Source: Podarcis liolepis (lineage: Eukaryota). Taken from it: a stretch of DNA of 64,000 nucleotides. Made by a program: the position numbers and the translations under genes. The notes beneath the pieces were generated by a model. It saw nothing but the letters and a program-made list of their open reading frames with translations, was not told the origin of the DNA and ran no database searches. Shown one piece after another: positions 38,815-50,510 of this stretch. The stretch is from NCBI GenBank assembly GCA_965112155.1, contig OZ218099.1. One strand, given 5' to 3'. Position 1 is the first letter of the stretch. The number at the start of each line of letters is the position of its first letter.

Positions 38815-39399
38815 CTGGTTGGAGAGAGGAAGGAGAGAGAAAGAATATATTACATTGTTTTATTCTTGCATATGGATGAGAATTAACAATAATTTGACAT
38901 TTTTCCTGTATACAAGAATGAAGCTCACTTTCATTTAAATAGAGCACATAAATCAATAAGCAGCATATATCTTATAATGTTTAAACTACATTTGTGTGCC
39001 CCCTTTGACAATTTCCCATGAAATCTTACCTCTTATTCATTATTAAACAACTAAATAAACTTGGACAACTTTAAAATATCCACCTGCTATAAAAGCATCT
39101 CTCTCTTCATAATGCATAAACCCTCCTACAAATTATATTGGTACCAAAGGAACTATCCGCTGTCCTGAAATGATTACAGGGTATAGCTAGAGATGCTGCA
39201 ACAATTTAGACCTAGACAATAGGTCATTAAACATTCAAGAAGATAGAAATCCCAGATAAAAGCCTTGTTCAAATGAAAGTTTATTGTAAGTTAAGCCCCT
39301 AATTCATTTTTCAAACTCACTAGCAGACAATAGCCAGGGCACAAAAAACTACTTAGGCTCAAGCAAAAGGTATATACCATTTTCAGACCCACCCCTCCT

Positions 39400-39555
39400 T
39401 TGAGTTATGCTGGATCTAACAGCAGCCTATAAGATGTCTCTTGGAAAGCCCACAAAGCAGGACAAGGAGACAAAAGATCTCCCTGATTTTTGTCCTAGCA
39501 ACTGGTATTTAGTGCTATACCGCCTCTGAACACAGAGGTTCCACTTAGCTTGTGC
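39400..39555 (-). mobile_element. CR1-type LINE 3' fragment (degenerate)
   Basis: tgctggatct...ggaaagcccacaaagcaggac...gcaactggtatttagtgctataccgcctctgaa. Confidence 0.5.
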
Positions 39556-41004
39556 CCTATACTCATGTATACTACTATACTATGTGCCAGTTTCATGTAA
39601 GAAACCAGAAAATCTACCATTGACACAGTATGTACAGAAGGTTCATGCCCCTCCACAGATAGCTCCAACTTTATTCCGCCACTTCTCCAATAACGTGTTG
39701 CTTCTTATACATCTACAGTGCTATTAATATGAAACCTCACTGAAATGCTTGAAAACAGCTAATAATTATTACAATAAAATAAAATAAGGATTTGTTCATA
39801 ACCTGAAGACAAACAAAATTTAAAAGACAGGTATGCACATGGCATCACTTGTGATAATATTCTCTTGCACAACTGCCACTGAAAGCTAGTGGAAACTACA
39901 ACAAAAGTGCAGTGCCAATTCTAACACAACATTTTTCTTCCCAAGATGAATATCACAAGCACAAGTGCCTGTTCACTGACATTTTCTGCACTCGCATACT
40001 CTTAATGTAATGTTTTTCATGTTGCCCCCCCCCCACCGCTTACTGAAGAAAGGCAGAAAAACACTGGTACATAGCAAAGTTCTTGTATCAGTCCATTCAT
40101 TTCAGCAGAGCTTGAATCAAAACAGAGAACAAACATCCTTTAAATAACTTCATTAGGAAGGCTTATAATGGGGACAAGGGGAGAACAACCAAGCATAGCT
40201 ACAAGTTTAAAGGGCAAAGAGCTACTTCTAAACAAATATATACTGTATAATCCCATTTCCTGTTTTGTACAGTGTCCTTTCACACTGTTTTTGAAAATGC
40301 TGTACAGTGTCCTTTCACGTTTATTTATTTTTTGCAAACTTCTAAAAGGTACTGCAGCATTTTCCCGTAAGAAACAGTAACCTTTCACTGCCTGTTTTTC
40401 TTTCACATTTTTGTGGGTTTTTTACAGGAATAAAGCAGCAAGTTAACACAATAGTGGTCCTTGGCAATTCAGGGTGTTCTGTTAAAACTGTGCCTTGCAG
40501 TGTAATATTTCATTCCACTCATCTGTGTTTATGAGCAAGAGACAAGCAGCTGCAGGAAAGATGCTGCTAAAGTCTGTCACTCAAGAATGCTGCTCACAGT
40601 AGACTGCATTAATGCAAGCATCATCTTCTATCTCACTATCATATCTTACAGTGCCGTTATGAAGGTGCTGATTTGCAAAATGCATGCCTTAAATCACATT
40701 CTGCCTGTTGGCGCATTTACAAGACGCTATAACCAAGCCCTCGAGTGGTAGGCAATTTTTCAATTCTCACTTTGAAGAGGGGGTAGGGGCAATTTCCTTA
40801 CTGGAATCTCCGTCGCATCCCCCTAGCATAGCTATTAGACTGAGTTCATAATTAATAGTGGTGAATGGAAAGAAGAACTCTACATAGAACACCATTTTCA
40901 CATTTACAGAGCTGAGTTGTAGTAGGAGGAAACAGGGGAAAAAACAAAGAGCCACTAAATAAGCAGTTATATACCTATCTGCCAGGCAAGGAGTTTTAGC
41001 CTTC

Positions 41005-41143
41005 GCTTCCTGTTTAGGGAAGTTTTTAATATTTGATGCTGCATTGTTTTTAACACTTGATTGGAAGCCGCCCAGAGTGGCTGGGGAGACTCAACCAGAT
41101 GGGCGGGGTATAAATAAATAAAATAAATTAATAATAATAATAA
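41005..41143 (+). mobile_element. L2 3' end with (AAT)n tail
   Basis: ctgtttagggaagtttttaat...gccgcccagagtggctggggagactcaaccagatgggcggggtataaat; reverse complement of 16965-17090. Confidence 0.85.
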
Positions 41144-42015
41144 TTTTAAAATAGCATTCTGATGTACAGACAAGCCAAATCTCCATTCATGTTGTCCATG
41201 ATGAGAGGTGTCCATGATGAGAGGTGTAACCAGCAATTTGTTTTGTTTTGACAACACTGTAATAATATTTCCTTTAGAGAGAAACAGAGAAAAAGCAGGA
41301 AAGTGATTAGGGAGAACTTTAAGGATAAGCTTGCAAACATTGCCAGTTCTTCTTTGTTTGGTTGTGTTGCATACTATGAGGTTGTATTCAGCTCAGGGGC
41401 AGAGCATTCAGTTTCATCATTTGAGGTGAAATGAAACATGCCCCACAACCCAACAAGCCTGTGTGGCAGTGCCAGCTTCCAGCAAAAACTTGCCCAAATC
41501 TCATGAAATCTCACCGGAAACTGGTGCTGCTGTTGGTGCCACTTCTCTGGAGACAGCAGAGCGCCCACGGGAATGCTACCTGGTGGGTTTTCTCTGCTTG
41601 AGGTGGTCACCCAATCTTGCCTCATGGACAGGCCATACCTGATTCAACTAACTTTTTACTCCAGAGTAGTAGTCATGGCCACTAATAGCAGTGGGCCTAC
41701 CAAGAGTAAGCTGAATACAGCCCTATATTTTTATCCCACTTTTTAGAAAATTATTTTCTCTTAAAGGGGCTCTCAGCAATGAAAACGGGTTCACAAAGAC
41801 ACACAAGGGAAGCAAAGTGTGAGGTAAGAGTTTTCCATGGTAGTAGGGAACAGTATTACTGGTTGAGCATTTAGAGTTTGACCTGGCAACATCCTGGGCT
41901 GGGACTAGATCTGACAAAGAGTCCAGTATCAAAAAACCAAATGTGTGTGAAATCGGTGTGCCTTGACATGTCCTGCCAAGTGGTGGAGACAGCTAGATCA
42001 AACTGGGTTCAAGTA

Positions 42016-42375
42016 CAGTATTGGCCTGAATATAAGCAGCACTTTCCCCCCCAAATTCCGACTGTGAAAAGTTAAAGTGCGGTTTATATTCGCAACCTTA
42101 CAGTATTCAGCTAGAAGCGTGGGGCAAACAGTGCCAGGAATGTGTTGAAGGGGCACTTGCTCCGCACATTGTCCCCCATTCTCTCCCCCAAGGCTGGGAA
42201 GGGAGAGGGGGGGAGGGGAAAGGTTGCTGGCAACGCAGCTCTCCCTCCCCCCCAGTATGCAACCAGGAGCAGCGAGGAAGGGAGTGGCTTATATTCGGCT
42301 ATTTTTTCTTGCCCTCCCTCCAATTTTAAAGGTGTGGCTTATATTCGGGTGCAGCTTATATTCGGGCCAATACGG
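42016..42375. mobile_element. Tc2/Kanga-like MITE
   Basis: TA flanks; TIRs CAGTATTGGCCTGAATATAAGCAGCAC / GTGCAGCTTATATTCGGGCCAATACGG. Confidence 0.9.
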
Positions 42376-42508
42376 TATGTTCTAAATATGTATATATTTA
42401 TTGGGTAGAATATCACTATAGGACCACTAATGCTATTGGGATCAGAGAGATGAGGCATTGTCTCCATTCAGGAAAAAAACTAAATTCCAGCTTCAGAATT
42501 TTGTCCTT

Positions 42509-42700
42509 AGAAACATCAGAAGTTGTCTTATATGGAGGCAAACCATTGGTCCAAAGAGCCCATCTACACTGACTGGCAGGAAGGAGCTCTCCAAAGTTTC
42601 AGTCAGAAGTTTTCCCCAGGTCTACCAGCAGATGCCAGGGACTGAAGTTGGGACCTTCTCCATACAAAACAGATGTTCTACCATAAGCTATGCCCCTTCC
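42509..42700 (-). mobile_element. tRNA-SINE (family of 8080)
   Basis: Reverse tRNA head gggactgaagttgggaccttctccatacaaaacagatgttctaccataagcta and tail gaagttgtcttata. Confidence 0.65.
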
Positions 42701-43854
42701 TAAAACAGGCTTCTCAGATTTCATAAAAAATATTCTCTCTTTAAGCCACAGTTGCAACTCTATAGTTAGTCTCTAAAAAGATTTGATCACATGCCTCACT
42801 TATCAGCTTCATTAACTAGCACAGGTACATCATTTAAAGATTGTCTGGATGTTACCACTGCCCCCTTCTAGAAGGCAAACCAAACCTTATGTTTTGACTA
42901 TTTACATGCCCCCTGTGATTACAACACCAAAGGAAAAACGCAATGTGAAGAGCACAGCTTGGTTCTTTTGATTCATAGTTATTTCCCCCCAGATGTTACT
43001 CTGTCAAAATGAGTTCTCTAAGACAGCGTTCACAGCTGTTATGCCATTTTAATGACAGTACAAACATTGTGCAAACAGTAAATCGGGATGCAAGATTCCT
43101 TATAAGCAAAAAATAAAATAAAATTGTGTGTGTGTTTAAAAAAATATCTATCTGTCCTGTTTTCATCTCATGAAGCTGCAGGTAAAAACTGCATTTCCTT
43201 CCAAATGAATGCTATCCTGGGCCATAAGCCATTTTGGTTGCTTTGTGTCTTAACACCCAATCAGACCTATTTCCTGAAACTACTGCCTATGATCTTATTC
43301 TTCTCCCACTCACTGTACTTCCCTCCCTCCTTCAAATCAGCTATGAAGAATAGGCAATACATCTTGAAGAAGTGGCAGTGGGGATTATATTTGTCTCAGC
43401 GCATACAAGAAAGAGTATGCAATACAAAATGCTTACAGGATTTCTACAAACTGAGGGTGTAATTCAACCCCCCTCCGAGCTGTGCTGGACTGAATGGAGG
43501 TGTCCCTCTGCCCAGCCCACTGACAACAGAAAGACCCAAAATTAAGCATTCAATGGTAAGGAGCACCTGAGCTGCTCTGGGATCCACTGGATCCCATGAT
43601 GGCATTGGGCCTGATAGCTGTGCCAGCTACAGGTAGATACAATAGTCTGTCTGACCTCTCTTTTTTCCCAGCTGGCATACATGGCAGAGATGTAGCCCTG
43701 ATGTTGTTAAACCCTGCTGGGCAGTGACCGGGTTTAGGATTCCACACTTCAAATTTCCCATTATTTTTCACATATGTATCACACCCCTTCTTAAATGAAC
43801 TCAAAACATGAGATGTGGAAGTTATTTTATGCTCACAACAACTTGAGGGCACAT

Positions 43855-44070
43855 TTATTTTTAATTTTATTTGTTTTATTTGTATTCTCCAAGGAGCTCA
43901 AAGTGCCATACATGGCTCTCCCTGCTCCTCATTTAATCCCCACAACATCCCTGTGAAGTAGGTTAGTCTATGAAGCAGTGACTGGCTCAAGGTCACTCAG
44001 TGAACTTCAAGACTGAGTGAGGATTTGAGCCTTGTCTCCCAGGTGCTAGTCAGACTAAATCACATAGGCT
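43855..44070 (-). mobile_element. tRNA/CORE-like SINE (family of 215)
   Basis: ctccaaggagctcaaagtg...ccccacaacatccctgtgaagtaggttag...gtgactggctcaaggtcactcagtga. Confidence 0.75.
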
Positions 44071-44593
44071 GAAGAAATGGTGGACAGCCTGTCTCACTTT
44101 GCCACTAAACTACAAGCAGGGCCAAGCACTTACCTGAATTCACTATGCATCTCACCCCACGTGCAGCATGATATCTGTGTCTTATGTACCCAGTGCTCCC
44201 ATTTACATAAAACTGATTATCTATGTGTTTCAGACGTCCCATAGGTCATTTAAACAAAATGGAACATTCTGCATACATGTGGGAAGATTCTAAGGACTAT
44301 CACAGAAACAAGAGATCAAAGAAAAACTTCAAGAAACAAAAGCACAGACTGGTAGGTCTCAGTGCATTTGGGGATTGAAATGTCCATCAATGAAATTTAA
44401 TTTCTAGTTCCCTTAGTAAAAAATATTTAGATTTTTTTTCATGGTGCAGTGTTAGGAACTGCCAAATTGTGCACAGCCTTTTTGCTTCTCAACTGTAAAG
44501 AGTCGTTCCACTCTTCAAGACTACACAATTTCAGAAAGACCATGTCTTGCTAAGACTTGAAACCCAGAGCACAAGATTGTTTCTAAAAGTCAT

Positions 44594-44617
44594 ATTGATT
44601 GATTGATTGATTGATTG
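44594..44617 (+). repeat. (ATTG)6 microsatellite
   Basis: Direct reading. Confidence 0.9.
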
Positions 44618-45355
44618 TATTCCAGAGTAATTATGAGATAAAAAGGAAGCACTTTCCCCAGCAACACAAGGAAGAATTGCTCAATACAGTTTGGGAGCAA
44701 TTACAGTGGAAACAGAGTACATACCTTCCCTAAACAGAAAAGCAGTAGTTTCTACAGGAGTTGCCAACTAAATTGCTTCTGGAAAAAGGTACATCAGAAC
44801 AGATCCTTCAATTGACAGAAAACTGACACATGCTTAGAAACAGATTCTAGCAAAGAAGCTATCTTCCACTGTCAACCACAACACCATTATCGGCGCTAGA
44901 CAGAATATCCTGCTGGCAGTATATAATCAAAAAGCAGCAAATTGCTTGCATGGAACCTGAAATGGGCAGATTACTCTACAATGCTAGTGGACAGTACAAT
45001 TTCAACTCTGGATCCCTGTAAACCACTGTTCACAAGTTGGGAGTCAGCTTCAGGAATGCATGCTGTTTCCTTTGAAATTTGTGAATGGACTCTTCCTCCT
45101 CCTGTCAATCTTAACCAGAGTTTAGTATAAAATTGTCACCATTGCTAACCATGATAAATGCTAAACAGTGTTCCCTTCTCAATCAGAATTTGAAACCAAG
45201 GTTTGAAATGAGCTTGCATCTGGGTAAGATGGGAACCATGGTTCATATTAATGTACTTGTAATGCTAGCCCACATTTAAGCTTAACAACAGCAGGAAGTG
45301 AAAAATTCACATGTGAGGAAAAGGAATGAATGCACATTCTCAAGATTAACTTCTA

Positions 45356-45702
45356 CAGTGGTGCCTCGCAAGACAAAATTAATCCGTTCCGCGAGTCTCG
45401 TCGTCTAGCGGTTTTTTCGTCTTGCGAAGCAACCCTATTAGCGGCTTAGCGGATTAGCGCTATTAGCGGTTTAGCGGCTATTAGCGGTTTAGCGGCTATT
45501 AAAGGCTTAGCGGATTAGCGGCTAAAAGGCTATTAGCGGCTTAGAAAAGGGGGGGGGGGAATCGGAACACTTGCAAGACGTTTTCGTCTTGCAAAGCAAG
45601 CCCATAGGGAAAATCGTCTTGCGAAGCAGCTCAAAAACGGAAAACCCTTTCGTCTAGCGGGTTTTCCGTCTTGCGAGGCATTCGTTTTGCGGGGCACCAC
45701 TG
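45356..45702. mobile_element. Tigger/pogo-like MITE, copy B (inverted relative to A) with internal TTAGCGG array
   Basis: TA flanks (45354-55, 45703-04); TIRs CAGTGGTGCCTCGCAAGAC / TTTTGCGGGGCACCACTG. Confidence 0.92.
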
Positions 45703-45789
45703 TAATTCGTCAAAGAATGGTGTGCAGAGAACCAACATTGCTGTTGCCTTAACTATATGTAGAAAACAAAATCTAATACTCTCTGCTGA

Positions 45790-45920
45790 AGGAATGGGAA
45801 ACCTGAGGCCTTCCAGTTGTTGCTGAACTACAACTCCCATCATCCCATCCATGCTGCCTGTGACTGGTCAGAAGATGAGAAGGACATAGGTTTGTCAAGA
45901 CTACAGTTAAAAACATATCA
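45790..45920. mobile_element. Degenerate palindromic hAT MITE (family of 30622)
   Basis: gggaaacctgaggccttccagttgttgctgaactacaactcccatcatccc. Confidence 0.55.
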
Positions 45921-46593
45921 TGGGTCACAAGTGGTCCACTGCTGCTCTGAAAATATAGTTGTTTCCCCTCTGTATGCATTATACCTGGAAAAATAGGCTA
46001 CCATCAAAACTTTCAAAAGGAACTTAGAGAGACCTTAAATTGAAAGGCCTAGCACAGGGTAGCAATTTCTCACCAATGTCATAGTAGTAGATTCATATGA
46101 CAGCAACCGAGAGGAGAGAAACACATCATTTCACATGAGTAATTCCTTTTCTCCTCTGTCTCCACACCCAATCTCTCACATAAACTGCATATTCCAGCTC
46201 TTAAAGGAAGAAATCTGATGCATTTCATAGTGAAACCATTCTAATTTTCAGACCACATAGCTTTGGGGGCCCAAAGCAGCACATCTTGTTCCTCCAATCT
46301 GCCCTGCATTTTTGCTGTGCCACTCTTTCAAGCTAGTAGCTGACAGATTTACAACTTTACCCTCCTCACACGAAGATTTACCAAGGGCACCAATGCACAA
46401 GATCATATTGGTTTTGTTAAGATTAAGTAGACTGAACCATATCGCTCCTAGGTACTGGGAGAGTGCTTAAAGTTGATTAGCTTTGAAATGTTATTTTAAA
46501 TCACAAACAACTGACACCTAAATGAATTTCCTCTATTGGTGTTAAATGTAGCTTTTTGACAGTAGAAAGACCTCACTATGTAGTCAAGATTAT

Positions 46594-46714
46594 GGGTTGT
46601 ATCCAAGTCATACTCTGAGTAGTTCTGTTGAAATTAATACACAAGCTAGTAATGGCTAACAATTCCGTTTATTTCAGTGGCTCTACGGACTATGAGTTAG
46701 TCAGATACAACCAC
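46594..46714. mobile_element. Short palindromic MITE-like repeat
   Basis: Ends ggttgtatcc / gatacaacc; inner inverted gttgaaattaat / tttatttcagt; related to 57901-58001. Confidence 0.55.
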
Positions 46715-47632
46715 ATGTTTAATTTTATGACCTTTCTTTTTGTCTACAAACTGATTTGCTTACTTCCCATTAAAAGTGTTTAATGCCAGTGTTCGTTCCT
46801 TTCATAAAGCCTTTTTTATTCCATTATATCCTCTGCTTGTTGTCGGTGTCAGTTATTTTCCACTGTTAGATGTTCCTGTTCCACGTTTTCAAGGCAAAAT
46901 ATCTGCTTTAGCTGAGGATGAGTGCAAAACTAATGGCATCTCTGCAGATGTATAGATTGGCTTTTAATCCTTCAACAACATTTCACTGTAATAAAAGAGC
47001 AATTAAAACTTTAGTGGATAAGGCTGCACTAGCTTCTTTTTGCCACCTACTAGCTGCAGAGTAGGGGGTGGGGTGGGGGAAACAACTACTTACAGCAAAC
47101 TCTACTTGACCTAGCAAACTCTTCTTGATTTTTTATATAACATTTCCCTCCGTATTTCTGCCTGGTCCTTGGCAATAAAGCTTTCCTTCTGATTATGGTT
47201 ATCAGAAAGGACACTCTCAATTACAGCTCCTTTGCTGATGGTATTCAGCTGTATCTGTCATTCCAAAGCTGACACCAAGCTCAGAGTTGTCAAAATGCCT
47301 TGTTGATGGGCACCGCAGGACAAGCATGAAATTGCTGGTGGTGATGTCAGTCAGCTGCTTCGGTGGTGAGGATCTGATTTTTATTATCGCTTTAGTGTGA
47401 GACTCAATATGTTATGTCTACAAAAAAAGCCTTGGGGGACTCCAAATTGGGAACAGTCTCAATTCCACTTACAAAATTAAGACAGAACACTTCTCATTTC
47501 TTTCAATACTGCATCCATCTGAAATCTGAGTAAAGATGATGACAATACCAATTAATTCATTTCTTCCTATTGATTAGTTGTAGACAGTACTTCAAATAAT
47601 CTGGAATAAATACAAGTGTGACTATTTACACA

Positions 47633-47681
47633 ACAAAACAAAACAAAACAAAACAAAACAAAACAAAACAAAACAAAACAC
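47633..47681 (+). repeat. (AAAAC)n microsatellite
   Basis: Direct reading. Confidence 0.95.
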
Positions 47682-49746
47682 CACTACAAAGGATTAAGTA
47701 AATTTATATTTGTGCACTTGAATGCCAAATCTAAAACAATCATAAAACAACAGGAACTTAAAAGTAGAAGTCCAGGGGGTTTTTTTGCATTTAACTGGCT
47801 ATGATTTAGAATAGAAGAAAACTCAAAAGCTGCAGAGTTTTAATCAAGACTATGAAGCCATTTTTGCAAATCCTTATTATAATATGCATAACCAATTCTT
47901 TTGTTTCTCTTGTGTACCAGTACAGCTGTCAGGGATTTCTGTGGCAATTTTATTTTGATTAAAAATGCGACAAAAATATGAGAAAGATAACTAACATAAT
48001 ATCCTGTTATTTTTCTAGAATAATTTGACTTTTTGTGTTACATTGCCACTCTAATTGCCCTATGCAGGTTTCGATATGCCAAAAGCTTTTTATTATAACA
48101 ACATAAGCATATGAAGGGGGAAATCGCTTGACACTGAGATTTTCCAAGGCTGTGGAGAGATGACAAGAGGCGCCTCTGTCACAAGCGGAGGCATGAAAAG
48201 CAGCTCATGGTTTTTTCAGCCTTTGGAAAAACAAAAAACTGCCATTCAAGTCAGTGAAATAAATACATAGGAAAGAATTATGCATACAGGTGGAGCAGCA
48301 CTTACTCTTCCTGCTGCCCCTGTGGTTGCATCTGCAGTTAACTTCTTTGAATTACAGACTAAGAAAATACTTCATTAGTCTAATTTCAAGCTACCTTCCA
48401 GGTATTCTCCAAAGGTAAAAAAAGTAGCAAATATTTGGTGCAGAGCAGGTATGCCGTTTCCCCTTCTTAAAGAGAGTAACGGGTACCCTAAAGCAAGTGC
48501 CAAACTGCCCAAGCTTTGCACACAGCCAATAAAGCATATTGTGTGCACGAGAGAGACAGAAAATGTTGGGATCTACCCTGTCGGACTGTGTGCGCAATTC
48601 TTCTGTCTTAAGGGCTGTGAGAACCAGCAGGAGCCTGGTTGAGCCAGAGCTCTCAGCTTTGTTTCCCAGCCAGGAATATGCAGCAAAGCTCTGGAATTTG
48701 CCTGTGTCTTCTCCATCTCCATCACCCTGATAGAGAGGGAGAATGTGGAGCAGCGACAGAGCAGAAAAGCAAGGGGATGTAGATGAGCAGAGATGGGGAT
48801 GGGTGTCCACCACTGTTATATTTCATTGAGATTACTGGAGAGTGAAAGCTTTAACCTACCTCAGCAAACCCAAAGCAGCCCAAAGCACAGTCCTTGCACT
48901 GCAAAGCAGCTGCGTTTCCTTCTCTCTATAAGCTGCCTCCAGCCCACTGGTATGTGGCCCTCAACTACCTACATGTGGCTCTTGGGGGACCAAAGTTTAC
49001 AAGAAATATGGTGGGTTAAAAAATAAAGCCCTGTTGCAGATTAAATATTAATAAAAAGTGTATGGTAGCCAATGCTTTCCTTTCAAAAAACTAGAATTCA
49101 TTTCAACCTGTGCATGCATGGACATAGACATGGCCCTGGAGACAAAAACTGGGTGGAATGGCAACAAAATATAAAAAATTAGTCTGACAAAATTCTAATC
49201 TATGTTAAGAAAAGTGGTTGTTCACAAGAGAAATTACTGGCAACTCTGCTTTAATAGACTAACACTGTTCTCTTCTGAACAATGCATAAAATCTGTTTTT
49301 CATCAACTGCATCACCATTTCCCCTCGAGAAAGACCGAGGTTCTACCTTCTGTCAAGCACAAAAAAAGAAAATAATGAAAAGTATGCAACATTTATTTTA
49401 ATTCAGGATTTCAAACATTTAAACAGTATCACTAAATCAAGAATTTGTGTAAACTGTGCAGACACTCAGTGTCAATTATTGATGTAATTGAGAAGTTCTA
49501 GCTCACTGAATGGATAGAAATATTTTGCATTAGACCTGCAATCAATTGCCAAGCAGCAATGTTTTATCTTATTCCCAGTTTGCCACACATCCATGTCAAT
49601 CGTCCTTTGTTTCCAAGTGCTATGACAGGGAGCCTATCCTGATGACAAGCCATAAAGACAACATCCCATCTGTCCTCAGCATCTAAAATATGAATCCTCC
49701 ACCCTGCTTTATAATTTAGAAGTGCCTGCTTACAGCATAAATATTA

Positions 49747-50172
49747 CCGTATTTTTTGCTCTATAGGACGCACCCAACCATAGAACGCACCTAGTTTTAG
49801 AGGGGGAGAACAAGAAAAAAAAAATCTCTCCCTCTCTGCGCAGCGCCCCTTCAGCGAAGCTGCAGGAGAAATGGAGCCCCTTCCATTTCTCCTCCCGCTT
49901 TGCTGAAGGGGTGCTGCGCAGAGAGGGAAAGCTGTGCAGCGCCTCTCCAGCGAAGCAAAGCCAGGTGCGCACCGACCCCTCTCGCTCTCCATGGTTCAGC
50001 GAAAGTAACGCGAAGCCTCCGGAGCGTGGTGGGAGCGCTCCCGCTGCACTTCGGAGGCTTCGCATTGCTTTCGCTGAAGCCATGGAGCCTGCATTCGCTC
50101 CATAAGATGCACACACATTTCCCCTTAATTTTTGGAGGGGGAAAAGTGTGTCTTATAGAGCGAAAAATACAG
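49747..50172. mobile_element. Tc2/Kanga-like MITE with two internal GC-rich palindromes
   Basis: TA flanks; TIRs CCGTATTTTTTGCTCTATAGGACGCAC / GTGTGTCTTATAGAGCGAAAAATACAG. Confidence 0.92.
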
Positions 50173-50251
50173 TAGTCACTGTTCAGTTAGGCAGGATATA
50201 GGATCTGAACAAGACTACATCATAAACAGGAAAAAAGGATTTGAACATACA

Positions 50252-50510
50252 GGATGGAATCCAAATGGTGTCTGTGCTGACAGAAAAAGGGGAGGGAATT
50301 TTGCTGATTTCATGACCCCCAGCAGCCTCCTGAAACTCATCTTGGGAAACTTAGGAGTTCCTCCAGAACAGGGTGGAAGGTTGGCAAAGAGTGGGCTGCA
50401 GGCGGAAGGAGGAATATCAGCAAAAGATTCATCTCTTCATCTTTTAGCAGAGCTGTTCACTGGACCAAAAGCACTTCCATGGGAACAAGGGCACTAACTG
50501 GATTCTACCT
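50252..50510. mobile_element. Old palindromic MITE-like repeat (family of 5027 and 17950)
   Basis: Ends ggatggaatcca / tggattctacc; inner inverted aattttgctgatt / tatcagcaaaagatt. Confidence 0.5.

Noticed and set aside
41193-41226. 16-bp tandem duplication (gtccatgatgagaggt x2) containing a C-box-like ATGATGA
   Set aside because: It is on the strand opposite to RPTOR transcription and has no matching D box or terminal stem. Simple slippage duplication.
45438-45544. Interstitial telomere or CRISPR-like array
   Set aside because: The units are TTAGCGG rather than TTAGGG, have no unique spacers, and lie inside a MITE in a vertebrate intron.
49730-50175. Five overlapping ORFs on both strands
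   Set aside because: Artefact of the palindromic GC-rich MITE interior.
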